This document shows positions 41,706 to 53,211 of a DNA stretch of 64,000 nucleotides, piece by piece. The position numbers were made by a program, and so were the translations under genes. The notes under the pieces were generated by a model that was not told where the DNA came from, made no database searches, and saw nothing but the letters and a program-made list of their open reading frames with translations. The first letter of the stretch is position 1. Each line of letters opens with the position of its first letter. This DNA is from Candidatus Accumulibacter cognatus (GTDB lineage: Bacteria; Pseudomonadota; Gammaproteobacteria; Burkholderiales; Rhodocyclaceae), in assembly GCA_013414765.1 (NCBI GenBank), contig CP058708.1:4630748-4694747 (forward strand). Reading direction: 5' to 3'.

Positions 41706-42293
41706 TCAGTCGATCCGGCAGGCTTCCTCGAAACTCAGACGAGGGCCGCGCGGATGCACGGCGGCGGGATCGCCGATGCCGAGGTTGCAAAGGAAATTGG
41801 CCTGGCAGCGTCCGTCAGGAAAGAACGCGGCATTGAGCTTGCCGGCGTCGAAGCCGGACATCGGGCCGCAATCCAGACCCAGTGCACGCGCGGCGATCAT
41901 CAGGTAGGCGCCCTGCAGCGTACCGTTGCGGAAAGCGGTGCTGGCGGCGAGTTCGGCATTGCGCTCGAACATCGGCTTGGCGTCGTATGCCGGGAACATC
42001 GTCGGCAGATGTTCGTAAAAACGGCTGTCGGTGGCGATGATCACCGTCGCCGGCGCCGCCAGGGTCTTGTCTAGGTTACCGGGAGAAAGTGCCGGCGCGA
42101 GCCTGGCCTTGCCTTCCGGGCTGGTGACGAAAACCAGCCGCGCCGGCTGGCAGTTCATCGAGGTCGGTCCCCACTTCATCAGGTCGTATAGGCGGCGCAG
42201 GGTCGCTTCCGGGATCGGATCGGGCGCGAACGCATTGTGCGTGCGTGCGTGGACGAATAGTTGGGCTAGGGCTTCGGCGGTTAGGGCTGGCAT
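41706..42293 (-). CDS. nitroreductase-family NAD(P)H oxidoreductase
   Basis: Nitroreductase-fold motifs ([24 protein letters not shown]...); start taken at MPALTAEAL. Confidence 0.85.
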   Translation of the reverse strand: MPALTAEALAQLFVHARTHNAFAPDPIPEATLRRLYDLMKWGPTSMNCQPARLVFVTSPEGKARLAPALSPGNLDKTLAAPATVIIATDSRFYEHLPTMFPAYDAKPMFERNAELAASTAFRNGTLQGAYLMIAARALGLDCGPMSGFDAGKLNAAFFPDGRCQANFLCNLGIGDPAAVHPRGPRLSFEEACRID

Positions 42294-42375
42294 TGCGTTT
42301 CCTCCGGGGATAGAGAGCTGCTCATTGTGTCGAGAGGCTACCCTTGTGCGGGGTTGGGTTCCACTCTGGATCAAC

Positions 42376-42945
42376 CTACTGCTTCAGCGCTTCGACAGCG
42401 ATGCTTAGGGTGACCTCGTCGCTGACGTTGGGTGCGTACTTGCCGGCGTTGAACTCGGAGCGCTTGATCCTGGCGCTGGCGTTGGCGCCGAGCGCGTCCT
42501 TCTTGAGGATCGGGTGGGGCATCGTCTGGAAGGAACTCAGGGTCAGCGTCACCGGCCTGGTGATCCCCTTGATGGTGAGGTTCCCTTCGACGGCCACGGG
42601 CTTGTCGCCGTCGAATCTGACGGCGGTGGACTGGTAGGTGATGGTCGGGTATCTGGCGGTGTCGAAGAAGTCTTCACCCTGGAGATGCTCGTTGAACAGC
42701 GCATAACCGGTGTCGACCGACCGGGCATCGATGGCGACGTTTACCGAACCGGTCCTGGCAACGCGGTCGAAGACGATGGTCCCGGAAGTCTTGTTGAAGC
42801 GCTGGATCTGGTTCGAGTAGCCGAAATGGTTGTATTCGAATCGCGGGTAGGTGTGATTCGGGTCGACCAGATAGGTCTCCGGGGCGGCGAAGGTCGGTGC
42901 GGCAAAGAAGCTGGCGAGGGCGACGAGGCTGATCTGTTTTTTCAT
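42376..42945 (-). CDS. YceI-family periplasmic polyisoprenoid-binding protein
   Basis: Signal peptide plus YceI-like beta-barrel pattern ([20 protein letters not shown]...[12 protein letters not shown]). Confidence 0.85.
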   Translation of the reverse strand: MKKQISLVALASFFAAPTFAAPETYLVDPNHTYPRFEYNHFGYSNQIQRFNKTSGTIVFDRVARTGSVNVAIDARSVDTGYALFNEHLQGEDFFDTARYPTITYQSTAVRFDGDKPVAVEGNLTIKGITRPVTLTLSSFQTMPHPILKKDALGANASARIKRSEFNAGKYAPNVSDEVTLSIAVEALKQ

Positions 42946-42970
42946 GGGATGACTCCTTCAGGGGGTGGAC

Positions 42971-43543
42971 TTACTTGCGAACCGCTGACGGGGCAGCGAC
43001 GATGTGAAACTTGATCTGGACTTCGTTGGCGACGGTACTGACATCTGACCAGACGCCATCGCCCACCGCAAAGTCGAGGCGTTTGAGGACAAAGGCACCG
43101 TCGAAGACGCCGTTGACGCCGTCCTGGCGAAAAGTGAAGGGTGCGGTGAGGTCCTGGCTCTTGCCCTTGATGGTCAGCTTGCCGGCGAGTTCATATTTGT
43201 CGCCGCCGAGCGGGCGGACCGCAGAGGAAACGAAAGTGGCGGTGGGAAACACTTTCACATGAAACCAGGATTTGCCGACGACCTCGTCATTGGCGTCTTG
43301 CGAACCAGCGTCGATGCTCGCCAGGTCGAGATCCAGTCGGGCGCTGGCGGCAGTCGGCCGGGCCGGGTCGAAAGCGACGCTGACGGCGAACTTCCTGAAG
43401 CGGCCGTCGATGGGAACGCCCATCTGTTTCGACACGAAGGTCAGCGAACTTTTGTCGGCCTGAAACTGGCCATATTCGGCCGCGCCGGCATTACCGGCGA
43501 GGGCCACGGCCAGCGTGCCGAGGAGGATGCTAAAGGAAGTCAT
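42971..43543 (-). CDS. YceI-family protein (second paralog)
   Basis: Signal peptide plus ...AGKLTIKGKSQDLTAPFTF... YceI pattern; start at MTSFSILL rather than the extended ORF. Confidence 0.8.
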   Translation of the reverse strand: MTSFSILLGTLAVALAGNAGAAEYGQFQADKSSLTFVSKQMGVPIDGRFRKFAVSVAFDPARPTAASARLDLDLASIDAGSQDANDEVVGKSWFHVKVFPTATFVSSAVRPLGGDKYELAGKLTIKGKSQDLTAPFTFRQDGVNGVFDGAFVLKRLDFAVGDGVWSDVSTVANEVQIKFHIVAAPSAVRK

Positions 43544-43563
43544 GAGTTGTCCATTCAAGATTT

Positions 43564-44109
43564 TCAACGATTTCTGGTGAGCAAGGGCAGCATCCGCGCG
43601 AGTACATCGTCGCGGTCGAGCAGATGATGTTTGAGAGCAGCAGCAATGTGCGCGACGACCAGTCCGGCAAGGGTGAAGTTGAGGCTGCTGTGTACCAGCT
43701 CCAGCAGTTCGCCGAGTTCCTTGTTTTTCTGCAGCAGGTCGGGCAGGGGAATGATCCCGAAATAGACCGTCTGGAAGCCCTTGGCCGAACTCATCAGCCA
43801 GCCGGAAAGTGGAATGGCGATCATCAGCAGGTAGAGCAGGTGGTGCAGTCCTTGGGCGGCGGTTTTCTGCCAGCCCGGCATGGCTGCCGGCAAGTCTGGG
43901 GGCCGGTGGCCGATACGCCAGGCAAGTCGCAGCAGGACCAGCAGGAAAGCGCTGACGCCGGCCCATTTGTGCCAGGAGTAGAGCTTCAGCTTCTGCGGCG
44001 ACACCGGCAGGTCGCTCATGTAGAGGCCGAGGCTGAACAGAACGATCAGCAGCAGGGCCATCAGCCAGTGCAGGGCGATGGCGGTGTGGGTGTAGCGGGT
44101 CTCGGGCAT
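43564..44109 (-). CDS. cytochrome b561 (CybB family)
   Basis: 4-TM protein with conserved His ligands (IALHWLMA...HKWAG...HHLLY...AHIAAAL). Confidence 0.85.
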   Translation of the reverse strand: MPETRYTHTAIALHWLMALLLIVLFSLGLYMSDLPVSPQKLKLYSWHKWAGVSAFLLVLLRLAWRIGHRPPDLPAAMPGWQKTAAQGLHHLLYLLMIAIPLSGWLMSSAKGFQTVYFGIIPLPDLLQKNKELGELLELVHSSLNFTLAGLVVAHIAAALKHHLLDRDDVLARMLPLLTRNR

Positions 44110-44167
44110 GGCATTCTCCTTATTGGGGGCTCACAGGGGTGCGCATGGGCATCGTATTTTGTGCTGA

Positions 44168-45034
44168 TCAGTGATGGCTGAAGAGTTCCTGCGCCAGGCA
44201 GGCGAGGGGACGCGGCGGATGCCCGACGAGCAGGGCAAAGTCATTGCTGATGCGGTCGAACTTGCCCGCCGCCACTGCAGCGTACATCCTCGTCAGTGCG
44301 TCGGCAAACCAGGGCGGCAATCCCTGCGCTACGAGTGCCTGCGCGTAGGTGTCCGTGTCGACCGGCTGGTAGCGTACGGGTTTGCCGGTAGCCCTGGCGA
44401 CCGCCGCGGCCAGCTCATGGTAGTCGTGTGTTGCCTGGCCGGTCAATTCATACACGCTTCTCGCCAATGCCGGTGCCAGCGCAGCGGCGGCCGTAGCTTC
44501 CGCGAGTTCGGTACGGCTGACGAAACTGGCGCGGCCGCTTCCTGCCGGTAGCTCGAAGACACCGTTGATGAACGCGGCGGCTACGTTCATTGGCAGAAAA
44601 TCGGCATACAGCGGGTTGCGCAGCGCAGTGAATTGAACACCACTGGCGGCAAGCTCGGCCTCGGTCGTCCGATGGACCACGGCGAACTCGGCCGGCGAGT
44701 CGGCGGCCACATCAATGAAACTGGTATAGAGGATGTGCCTGACGCCGGCGGCGCGGGCTGCATCGATGGCATTGCGGTGCCGGCGGATGCGGAGATCACT
44801 GGGGCCATCGGTGGAAACCAGGATCAATTTGTCGACGCCGGCGAATGCGCTGACCAGCGTTGCCGGCTGATCGAAGTCGCCGTGACGGATCTCGATGCCC
44901 CGTTGGCCGAGGTCTGCCGCCCTTGCCGGATCGCGCACACTGATGGCGATGCCGGTGGCGCTGCCGTGCCGGGCGAGCAGTTGATCGACAATGCGACGAC
45001 CGAGTTGGCCGGTGGCACCGGTGACGAGGAGCAT
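44168..45034 (-). CDS. NmrA-like/SDR-family NAD(P)-binding oxidoreductase
   Basis: MLLVTGATGQLGRRIV Rossmann N-terminus. Confidence 0.8.
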   Translation of the reverse strand: MLLVTGATGQLGRRIVDQLLARHGSATGIAISVRDPARAADLGQRGIEIRHGDFDQPATLVSAFAGVDKLILVSTDGPSDLRIRRHRNAIDAARAAGVRHILYTSFIDVAADSPAEFAVVHRTTEAELAASGVQFTALRNPLYADFLPMNVAAAFINGVFELPAGSGRASFVSRTELAEATAAAALAPALARSVYELTGQATHDYHELAAAVARATGKPVRYQPVDTDTYAQALVAQGLPPWFADALTRMYAAVAAGKFDRISNDFALLVGHPPRPLACLAQELFSHH

Positions 45035-45155
45035 GTGTTTCTCCAGAACGGTTGCGATGGCCGAACTGTAGAACAGTCATTGAGGATGAAATAGGGGACA
45101 ATCTGCAATTGTTTGTTGCGATGATCGCAACAACATGACACCGTCTGGAGAGACC

Positions 45156-46058
45156 ATGGACCGATTCGACAGCATGCGAATTTTCCTGCGGGTCGCAGAG
45201 ATCGGCAGTTTTGCCGCAGTGGCGCGGCAGATGGACGTCGCCCGCTCGGTGGTCACGCGCCAGGTGGCGGCATTGGAAGCCCACCTCGGGGTGAAACTGA
45301 TCGCCCGCAGCACTCGCAGCCTGACCCTGACCTCGGCTGGCAGCGCTTATCTGGAGTCTTGCCGAGAAATCCTCGACCTCGTCGAAGCCGCCGAGAGCGG
45401 TCTGGCCGGAGAACGCCAGGAACCGCGCGGCCTGATTCGCCTCAGCGTGCCGCTGAGTTTCGGTCTGCGTCACCTGTCACCGCTGTTGATGGATTTCAGC
45501 GTCACCTACCCCGAGGTGATCACCGAAATCGACTTCACCGACCGTCGCGTCAAGCTCGTCGAGGAAGGGCTGGATCTCGCGATCCGCATCACCCAGCGCC
45601 TCGAACCGCTCGATGTCGCCCGGCGGATCGGCAGCAGCCACCTGGTGGTGGTTGCCTCGCCGGAGTATCTGCGTCGCCACGGTGAACCCGGACATCCTCG
45701 CGAGCTGGTGAAGCACGAATGCCTGATCTATCTGCCTGCCCAGCAGGAGGGCTGGCCCTTCCTGGTGGACGGGGTGACGGAAGTCTTTCCGGTACGCGGC
45801 CGCATGCGCGCCAACAACGGCGATGCCCTGCTCGACGCCGCGATCCGTGGTCTTGGCATCACCGCGCAGCCCAGCTTCCTGACCGCCGCAGTCATCGAGA
45901 CCGGGTGGGTACAACCGATTCTGCGAGACTACCCGATGCCCGAGCTTGGCATCTACGCCTTGCTCGCTGGCAATCGGTACGTGCCACAGCGGGTACGGGT
46001 GCTGATTGACTACCTGGCCGAGCGGATCGGTGTCCGACCCTATTGGGAAAGCGGGTAG
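45156..46058 (+). CDS. LysR-family transcriptional regulator
   Basis: N-terminal wHTH (MDRFDSMRIFLRVAEIGSFAAVARQMDVARSVVTRQVAALE) plus an LysR substrate-binding domain. Confidence 0.85.
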   Translation: MDRFDSMRIFLRVAEIGSFAAVARQMDVARSVVTRQVAALEAHLGVKLIARSTRSLTLTSAGSAYLESCREILDLVEAAESGLAGERQEPRGLIRLSVPLSFGLRHLSPLLMDFSVTYPEVITEIDFTDRRVKLVEEGLDLAIRITQRLEPLDVARRIGSSHLVVVASPEYLRRHGEPGHPRELVKHECLIYLPAQQEGWPFLVDGVTEVFPVRGRMRANNGDALLDAAIRGLGITAQPSFLTAAVIETGWVQPILRDYPMPELGIYALLAGNRYVPQRVRVLIDYLAERIGVRPYWESG

Positions 46059-46067
46059 CACATCTGA

Positions 46068-46964
46068 CTAGAAGGCGGTGACCCATTTGAAGAAGAACTT
46101 GTTGCCCTGAAAGCGGTTTTCGACACGGGTTTCGTGATTCCAGCTAGCGACGAAGCTCATCCCCTTGTAGTCGTACTTGACTGCCGGGCCGTAGGCGAAG
46201 ACCTTGCCGCGGTTGCCGTCCGGTTGGACAGTCCGGCCATTCCGCTCGTCGTCGCTGGTCTGCGTCAGATAGTAGCCGGCCAGGCCGACGGCCCACGGCC
46301 CGAAGTGCTGAGCAAGCAGGTAGTCCATGTGAAAATCGTTACCTGACTGGTAGTGGGTATCGAGGTTCCTGGTCTTGAGGTTGTACATCAGCTTGGCAGA
46401 GGCTTCGAAACCGCCCTGATTGAGGTAGGTAAAGGCGAGGATGGGCTCGAAGCTGTAGTAGTTGGCGCCGATGCTATCGGTGGGGTTGTTCTTGCTGTAC
46501 TTGCCGGTGGGCAGATAGATGTCGACGCCGACGGTCAGATGCCAGTCCGGCGGGAAATGCCAGCCGATGATCAGGGGGTCGATGACGATGTCGCCAAGGC
46601 CGAAGGCACTGCCGTTGCCGATGCCCGGAATCGGGGTGTGCAGTCGCTGGTCAACCAGCGGCACGATCGCATGCACCGCCCAGTCGCCCCCGAGAATCTT
46701 CTGCTGGGTGACATGGATGAAACGCAGGGCGTCGAAAGTGGCGCTGACCTTGAGCCCCGGCACCTTTTGACCGTTGTTGGCGCGATAGTCGCCCTGGTAG
46801 TAACCGAGATAGTTGATGAAATAATTGCCTGCTGGCGGCAGGGCGCCGACCATGAAGTTCTCGGAGCCGTTCGGGTATTGGTCGGGACCCTCCTTGGCCA
46901 GACTCAACGGGCTGGCCAGCAGGGCCGGCAGGGCCAGGAGCAGAAGTCTTTTCGCGGTATTCAT
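46068..46964 (-). CDS. outer-membrane beta-barrel channel (MetA/phenol-degradation pathway-type transporter family)
   Basis: Signal peptide; alternating amphipathic beta-strand pattern; C-terminal ...KWVTAF aromatic end. Confidence 0.7.
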   Translation of the reverse strand: MNTAKRLLLLALPALLASPLSLAKEGPDQYPNGSENFMVGALPPAGNYFINYLGYYQGDYRANNGQKVPGLKVSATFDALRFIHVTQQKILGGDWAVHAIVPLVDQRLHTPIPGIGNGSAFGLGDIVIDPLIIGWHFPPDWHLTVGVDIYLPTGKYSKNNPTDSIGANYYSFEPILAFTYLNQGGFEASAKLMYNLKTRNLDTHYQSGNDFHMDYLLAQHFGPWAVGLAGYYLTQTSDDERNGRTVQPDGNRGKVFAYGPAVKYDYKGMSFVASWNHETRVENRFQGNKFFFKWVTAF

Positions 46965-47069
46965 CTCTGGTGTTCCCCCCTTATGGTTGTGCTCCGCGCT
47001 GGAGTGTGGCGACCAGTGACGGGTCTGGCGAAGCGAAATGCAATCATCCATTCCGGCAATGCCGGGCTC

Positions 47070-48680
47070 TCAAGCCTTGCCGGAGCGCGGCAGCGGCACC
47101 ATGATCGCCTGCCCCGGTGGCGAACAGCCGGCGTCGCAACAGCGTCCGGGTTGACGGTTACGCGTGATCGCACGCTCTGGATCATGCAATACGCCACGGT
47201 CCAGTAGCCTTTCGACCAGCTCAACCTTGCTGCCAAGCGGGTAGTTGCGCCAGATCTCCTGTTTCATGGCGGCTGGCGAGCCTCCCCCGTGCAGGCTGAT
47301 CACCGAATACCAGCCGCCCTGATACGATGCGGTCAGATCCTCGATGAAGCGGGCGACTGCGATGCGCTTGTCGTAGGGCACGTCGGGATGGGCGCGCAGC
47401 ACCTCGGCGAGGGTCGCAGCGGTTGCCGGGTTGTGGTCTTCGTCGGGACCGGGCAGCGCGACGATCAGGCCGCCCGACACCTCGTGCGCCAGGCGATGCA
47501 TGTCGTAGATCTGGGTGGCCAGCAGCAGCTTGCCGATGTTGGCAAACACCGCTTCGGGCATGAAGCTGCCGCTGTAGGGGTCTGGTGTCCCGTAGACGCT
47601 GGCGGCGACGCCGCAGGCGAAAAAGCCCTCGGTGATCTTGATCAGTTCGACCATCGGTTCGCGCAAGCTCGCCTGGCGACCCGGATCGAAGCCGTTGGCT
47701 TCGCACATCAGGGCGCCGGCGCCGATCAGGAGGTCGCCGAAACCGGCACGCGCGGCGATGCAGCTATGGCGGTGGTGGGTCGCGTAGTGGTAGGTCAGCG
47801 ACCCGGAATGCTCCCACTCGCCGGCAAAGAAGACCCGCTCCCAGGGGACGAAGACGCGATCGAAAACGAGCACCGCGGTCGATTGCCCATAGCGCCGTGA
47901 AAACAGTGCCGCGCCGTGTTCCAGCTTCTCGCCGGGTCGTCCGGCCGGTCGGGCGACGATGGTCAGCCCCGGTGCATCGACCGGCAGCGCGCAGCAAACA
48001 GCGAAATCGGCATCGGCCGGACCCATGTTGCGGCTGGGCATGACCAGGAACTGGTGCATGTACGGTGCTCCGGTGACGATTGCCTTGGTGCCGGAGATGA
48101 CGATCCCCCGCGGGTTGCGCTCGACGATGTGTACGTAGGTGTCCGGGTTTGCCTGTTGGTGCGGCCGCTTCGAGCGGTCGCCCTTGGCGTCGGTCATGGC
48201 GATTCCCAGTGACCAGTCGCTCGCCTGCACCTCTTCGAGATAGGCCTCGAAGCGCGCCCGATGCTCGCTGCCGCCGCGTGCGTCATCGATTCTGGCGCTG
48301 ACCTGATGGATCGCGTTGAGTGCATCGTGGGCCAGATAGCGTTGTGCGCAACCGGTCTCCTGACAGAGGAGGCGCACCGCTTCGAGCTTGTTCAACAGGT
48401 CGCCCGCGGATTCGTTGATATGCAGCATGCGATTGACGGTCGCGCCGCTGCCGGTCTGTACGGCGGTCATCAGTGGGATTTTCTCCGGATCGAGCGCGAA
48501 ATCGTAGCTGACGGCAAGCGCGTTGATTCCCGGCTGCAGTGTCGGTGCGTCGGCAACCGAAGCGATCGGTTCGCCATCGACGTAGACCTTCGGTGTGTAG
48601 CGGCGCAGCGAGTCGCGGTACTCGGCGCCGCTGATCAGTCGGCTGGATGTGAGCAGCATGCGATCTCTAGTCATTGTCAT
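47070..48680 (-). CDS. HpaB-family flavin-dependent monooxygenase (4-hydroxyphenylacetate 3-hydroxylase / 4-hydroxybutyryl-CoA dehydratase superfamily)
   Basis: Acyl-CoA-dehydrogenase-like fold with HpaB family motifs across ~480 aa; the C-terminal ~40 aa look non-conserved. Confidence 0.8.
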   Translation of the reverse strand: MTMTRDRMLLTSSRLISGAEYRDSLRRYTPKVYVDGEPIASVADAPTLQPGINALAVSYDFALDPEKIPLMTAVQTGSGATVNRMLHINESAGDLLNKLEAVRLLCQETGCAQRYLAHDALNAIHQVSARIDDARGGSEHRARFEAYLEEVQASDWSLGIAMTDAKGDRSKRPHQQANPDTYVHIVERNPRGIVISGTKAIVTGAPYMHQFLVMPSRNMGPADADFAVCCALPVDAPGLTIVARPAGRPGEKLEHGAALFSRRYGQSTAVLVFDRVFVPWERVFFAGEWEHSGSLTYHYATHHRHSCIAARAGFGDLLIGAGALMCEANGFDPGRQASLREPMVELIKITEGFFACGVAASVYGTPDPYSGSFMPEAVFANIGKLLLATQIYDMHRLAHEVSGGLIVALPGPDEDHNPATAATLAEVLRAHPDVPYDKRIAVARFIEDLTASYQGGWYSVISLHGGGSPAAMKQEIWRNYPLGSKVELVERLLDRGVLHDPERAITRNRQPGRCCDAGCSPPGQAIMVPLPRSGKA

Positions 48681-48854
48681 TTCTCCCTAAGTTCGGGAAG
48701 GCTGCTGTCCCGCCAGATCATGCGCCAGAATCCGCTACCAGAAATACCAGGAAGCGCACATTTCTGTTGACAATTTGCCCTCCACAGGAATAGTAAAATT
48801 GAAGAGAAGGATACTGGATTTGTATGTCGACGACCATAGAAAGAGGCATAGGAA

Positions 48855-50786
48855 ATGAAGGTGTCGTTTAGAAGAAGAATATTGTTTACCTTGGTGGGGA
48901 GCTTCGTTGCCATGCTGAGCACGGCAGCAGCGCTGATCTATGTTACGCAGATCGGACAGCTGAGAACCTCACTGGATGCCCAGATGCGTGGCGATGAACG
49001 GGTCTTCCTGACCCAGATTGCCAGCGATGCCGAGGGGTTGGAGCGCGCCTTGACCGCCACCACCCGCATAGACACCCTTCTGGATACCTTTGAAGCGCGC
49101 AATCGCGAGCAACTCCTGCAAAGGGCAAAGCCACTGTTCGAGGAACTAAAGGCGCAATTCAGGATTACCCACTTCTATTTCTTCGAGCCCGACGGCACCA
49201 CCTTCCTGCGCGTCCACAAACCCGAACAGCACGACGACAAGAATAGCCGCAACAGTTTCAGGATGGCAGTAGCTACGGACAAGTCGGCGACAAGCCTGGA
49301 TATGGGCAAGAATTTCTTTTCTCTTCGAGCGGTCCGTCCGGTCGTCCGCGACGGCAGAAAAATCGGTTACTGGGAACTCGCGCAGGAAATCGACCACGTT
49401 CTTCCGGCTACCAGAACGATCACTGGCGACGACGTCGCCGTACTGCTTGCGGATGACTATATCCAGAAAAAAGGGACCGCAATCAATGGGGAACGGCTCC
49501 CAGGTCTGACCCTTCTCGAGGCGACCAATAAGGCGCTGCTGCTTGACGTCGCTCGCCAGTTCTCTCTGTCATCCGAGGCCGCAGAGGGGACCCTGCACCT
49601 GAACGCCAGCCATGCCTTGATGGGCTTCCCATTCAAGGATGGCGCCGGTGAAACCGCCGGCATCCTGGTTTTCATTCGCGATATTCAGGCGGTGCGTAGC
49701 CAAGTACAGACGGCAATACTGCGCAATCTTCTGTTCATCACGGCCATTCTGCTGCTTGGAGGTGCGATGGTTGTACTCATCGTCCGGCACGCCGTGGCCC
49801 AGTTGGGAGGCGATCCGGCCTACGCCGTGGCGGTAACTCAGGAAATTGCAGCGGGTAATTTGTGTGTTGAGGTACACACCGACGACCAGCGCCAGGACAC
49901 CCTGCTAGCCGCTGTAAACGCCATGCAGACCAGTCTGCGCGAAATAGTGGGCGAGATTCAGCACAGCGCAACCGCTCTCGCAAGGGATGCAGTGATACTC
50001 GCGGACCTGGTTCGCGACACCTCGAGAGCACTGGCCAGTGAAGCCGGATCGGCAAGATCGATCGCGGTGGCGGTCGATGAAGTGACAAACAGCATCAGCA
50101 GGGTCAATGCCAGTGCTGGCGAAGCGCTGGCGACGGCTTTGCAGTCCGGTCAACTGTCACGGGAGGGTACTCAGGTGATCAACCGCTCGGTGGCCGAGGT
50201 GTCACGAATTGCGGTAACCGTCCAGCGCTCGTCGGTGATGATTGAAGAACTGGTGCGCCAGTCCGATCGCATCTCGGCGGTGACCGCAGTGATCAAGGAG
50301 ATTGCTGATCAGACCAATCTGCTGGCCCTCAATGCAGCCATCGAGGCGGCGCGTGCAGGCGAAGCGGGACGCGGATTCGCAGTGGTTGCTGACGAGGTGC
50401 GCAAGCTCGCCGAGCGTACCGGCAAGTCGACGCAAGAGATCACTAGCATCATCATGCTCGTCCAGCAAAGTACGCACGCGGCGCTAGAAACGATGCACAG
50501 CGAAGTGAAGCAGGTTGCGCAGGGGGTTGAACTGGCGAATGAAGCAAGCGCCTCGATCCGGCAGATTGAAGCCGGTACGGCGCGCGTTGCCAATGCCATT
50601 GCCGGAATTTCCGACCTCCTGGGCAAGCAAGCCACGGCCAGCGAACAAATGGCTGCTGGCGTGCAGCAGATAGTGGGAATGACCGAAAGGAACGGCGTGT
50701 CCCTGCAGAGCGTCAAGGAATCCGCCAGCCAACTCGAGGATCTCGCCGGACGCTTGCAGAATGCTGTGAAGCAGTTCCGGATCTGA
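48855..50786 (+). CDS. methyl-accepting chemotaxis protein with periplasmic Cache-like sensor and HAMP domain
   Basis: Two TM segments flanking a ~270-aa periplasmic domain; C-terminal MCP signalling hairpin ([38 protein letters not shown]). Confidence 0.9.
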   Translation: MKVSFRRRILFTLVGSFVAMLSTAAALIYVTQIGQLRTSLDAQMRGDERVFLTQIASDAEGLERALTATTRIDTLLDTFEARNREQLLQRAKPLFEELKAQFRITHFYFFEPDGTTFLRVHKPEQHDDKNSRNSFRMAVATDKSATSLDMGKNFFSLRAVRPVVRDGRKIGYWELAQEIDHVLPATRTITGDDVAVLLADDYIQKKGTAINGERLPGLTLLEATNKALLLDVARQFSLSSEAAEGTLHLNASHALMGFPFKDGAGETAGILVFIRDIQAVRSQVQTAILRNLLFITAILLLGGAMVVLIVRHAVAQLGGDPAYAVAVTQEIAAGNLCVEVHTDDQRQDTLLAAVNAMQTSLREIVGEIQHSATALARDAVILADLVRDTSRALASEAGSARSIAVAVDEVTNSISRVNASAGEALATALQSGQLSREGTQVINRSVAEVSRIAVTVQRSSVMIEELVRQSDRISAVTAVIKEIADQTNLLALNAAIEAARAGEAGRGFAVVADEVRKLAERTGKSTQEITSIIMLVQQSTHAALETMHSEVKQVAQGVELANEASASIRQIEAGTARVANAIAGISDLLGKQATASEQMAAGVQQIVGMTERNGVSLQSVKESASQLEDLAGRLQNAVKQFRI

Positions 50787-50825
50787 GGTCAGTCGCGATG
50801 GTAACCCGGTGAGGCCAAATAATCC

Positions 50826-52664
50826 CTATTCGCGTGCAGCCCGGCGGCGCTCGTTATCGGTGAGCAAGCGCTTGCGGATGCGGATGCTCTTCGGCGTGAT
50901 TTCGACCAGTTCATCGTCGTCGATGAACTCGACCGCCGACTCCAGGGTCAGTGCGACCGGCGGCACCAGGCGAACCGCCTCGTCGTTTCCCGAAGCACGT
51001 ATGTTGGTCAGTTGCTTACCCTTGATCGGGTTGACGACCAGGTCGTTTTCACGGCTGTGGATGCCGATCACCATGCCTTCATAGAGCTTGTCACCGGGAA
51101 TGGTGAACATTCGTCCGCGCTCCTGAAGTTTCCAAAGCGCATAGGCGACGGCTTCGCCTTTCTCGGCGGAGATCAGAACGCCATTGCGGCGGCCCGGAAT
51201 TTCTCCCTTGACTACCGCATATTCGTCGAAGACATGGCTCATCAGGCCGGTACCGCGGGTCAGGTTGAGGAACTCACCCTGGAAACCGATCAGTCCGCGC
51301 GCCGGGATGCGATATTCGAGACGGACACGGCCCCGTCCATCCGAAGACATGTCCTGCAGTTCGCCACGGCGATAGCCAAGCGCCTCCATGACGCCTCCCT
51401 GGTGCACTTCCTCGACGTCGAGGGTGAGCAGTTCGTAGGGTTCGCAAGCCTCTCCACCGATCTCCTTGATGATTACTTTAGGACGCCCGACCGCGAGTTC
51501 GTAACCCTCGCGACGCATGGTTTCAAGGAGGATCGTCAGATGCAACTCGCCCCGGCCAGAGACCAGGAAGCTGTCGGTGTCGGCGGTTTCCTCGACGCGT
51601 AGCGCCATGTTGGTCAGCAGTTCCTTGCGCAGGCGTTCGCCGATCTGGCGACTGGTGACGAATTTGCCCTCGGTGCCGGCGTAAGGCGAGTTGTTGACCA
51701 TGAAGGTCATGTTCAGCGTCGGCTCGTCGATGCGCAGCATGGGCAGTGCTTCGGGCTTCTCGGTATCAGTGATCGTGCAGCCGATCGAGAGATCGTCGAT
51801 TCCCGTCACCAATACGATGTCGCCAGCAATCGCTTCATCGAGCGGCACCCGTTCGAGACCGCGGAAACCGAATACCTGGCCGACCTTGGCAGTCTTTGGC
51901 GGGCCATGTTCGAACCTGCCCTGGTCGTCAGGCTGTCCATACATCACGATGACCTGCTGCGCCGGTTTCAGACGCCCACGTTGCAGGCGGCCAATCCCGA
52001 TGCGTCCTACATAGCTCGAGTAATCGAGGGCGGAAATCTGAAGTTGCAGTGGCCCGTCGATCTCGTCGGCATGAGGCGGCGAAACATGCTTGAGAATGGT
52101 TTCGAACATCGGCCGCATGTCAGGCGATGGCTTCGACAGATCCAGTGTCGCGTAGCCATTGAGGGCGGACGCGTAGATCACCGGGAAATCGAGCTGATCG
52201 TCGTTGGCGCCGAGTTTGTCGAAAAGGTCGAAGGTGTGGTCAATCACCCAGTCAGGCCGCGCACCATCGCGGTCGATCTTGTTGACCACCACGATCGGTT
52301 TCAAACCGAGGGCCAATGCTTTTTTGGTGACGAATCGGGTCTGCGGCATTGGTCCTTCGACGGCATCGACCAGCAGCAGGACACCATCGACCATCGACAG
52401 AACCCGTTCAACCTCGCCGCCAAAGTCGGCGTGTCCCGGCGTATCGATAATGTTGATATGTACGCCCGCATAGTCGACCGCCAGATTCTTGGCCAGGATA
52501 GTAATGCCCCGTTCCTTTTCGAGGTCGTTCGAGTCCATCATCCTCTCGGTGATCTGCTGATGGGCCGAGAAGCTGCCGGCCTGAACCAGCAGCTTGTCCA
52601 CCAGGGTGGTCTTGCCATGGTCTACGTGGGCGATGATGGCGATATTGCGGACGGCGCGGGACAT
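50826..52664 (-). CDS. typA: ribosome-associated translational GTPase TypA/BipA
   Basis: [22 protein letters not shown]1 motif and EF-G-like domain order; start at MSRAVRN. Confidence 0.9.
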   Translation of the reverse strand: MSRAVRNIAIIAHVDHGKTTLVDKLLVQAGSFSAHQQITERMMDSNDLEKERGITILAKNLAVDYAGVHINIIDTPGHADFGGEVERVLSMVDGVLLLVDAVEGPMPQTRFVTKKALALGLKPIVVVNKIDRDGARPDWVIDHTFDLFDKLGANDDQLDFPVIYASALNGYATLDLSKPSPDMRPMFETILKHVSPPHADEIDGPLQLQISALDYSSYVGRIGIGRLQRGRLKPAQQVIVMYGQPDDQGRFEHGPPKTAKVGQVFGFRGLERVPLDEAIAGDIVLVTGIDDLSIGCTITDTEKPEALPMLRIDEPTLNMTFMVNNSPYAGTEGKFVTSRQIGERLRKELLTNMALRVEETADTDSFLVSGRGELHLTILLETMRREGYELAVGRPKVIIKEIGGEACEPYELLTLDVEEVHQGGVMEALGYRRGELQDMSSDGRGRVRLEYRIPARGLIGFQGEFLNLTRGTGLMSHVFDEYAVVKGEIPGRRNGVLISAEKGEAVAYALWKLQERGRMFTIPGDKLYEGMVIGIHSRENDLVVNPIKGKQLTNIRASGNDEAVRLVPPVALTLESAVEFIDDDELVEITPKSIRIRKRLLTDNERRRAARE

Positions 52665-53100
52665 GAGGTTAAGCCTTTGAAGAAGGGGCGCTATTCTAGC
52701 ACGGGCGGGCGCTGCCTGTTGCGCCGCGGGAACAGCGGAACAGCCAGCAATTCTCATTTTGGCAATGGTGGCCTTCTGTTCTCCTACCGAGCACCTGCAA
52801 TAGAGCCAGATTCAGGTATTGGACTCCACTCATGGCCGGCAGAAAGGCACTTACCGGCGAACTCGCTCCATTGCTTGAGTCAGAATGAGAATTGCTGGAA
52901 ACGGCGGCAGCAGCGCCATCAGCTTGCCGCCTGGGCCGATTTGCATGCGCATGCAATCGGTGGTGCTAACGGTCATGACTTTTCCAGGAACCCCCGATCA
53001 TCAAGGTCATGACCGTTGCCTTCCCTTGCAGCCGAAATCGCTTGATGAGGCACTGGTGGCTTGGCGGCCTGAGCAGTCATGCTGCGACGCAACAAATAGC

Positions 53101-53128
53101 TTGACAAGTGCTCATTAACAGTTAGAAT
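53101..53128 (+). promoter_or_regulatory. sigma70-type promoter upstream of the phasin gene
   Basis: TTGACA-N16-TAGAAT, about 80 nt upstream of the 53212 ATG. Confidence 0.45.
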
Positions 53129-53211
53129 CCAGTCTTCGCTGCGCTGCAGCAATTGACCTCAGGTGATGCGAACCCGCCGGGGCAATATTTCGCAACCTCA
53201 AGGAGCATGGT

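Noticed and set aside
42971-43966. 331-aa extent of the second YceI ORF, and similar N-terminal extensions (50826-52757 typA, 58246-60024 gpmI, 46068-47051 OMP, 39871-40773 SCO1)
   Set aside because: The upstream portions are low-complexity read-through. Internal Met codons that align with family N-termini and signal peptides were used instead.
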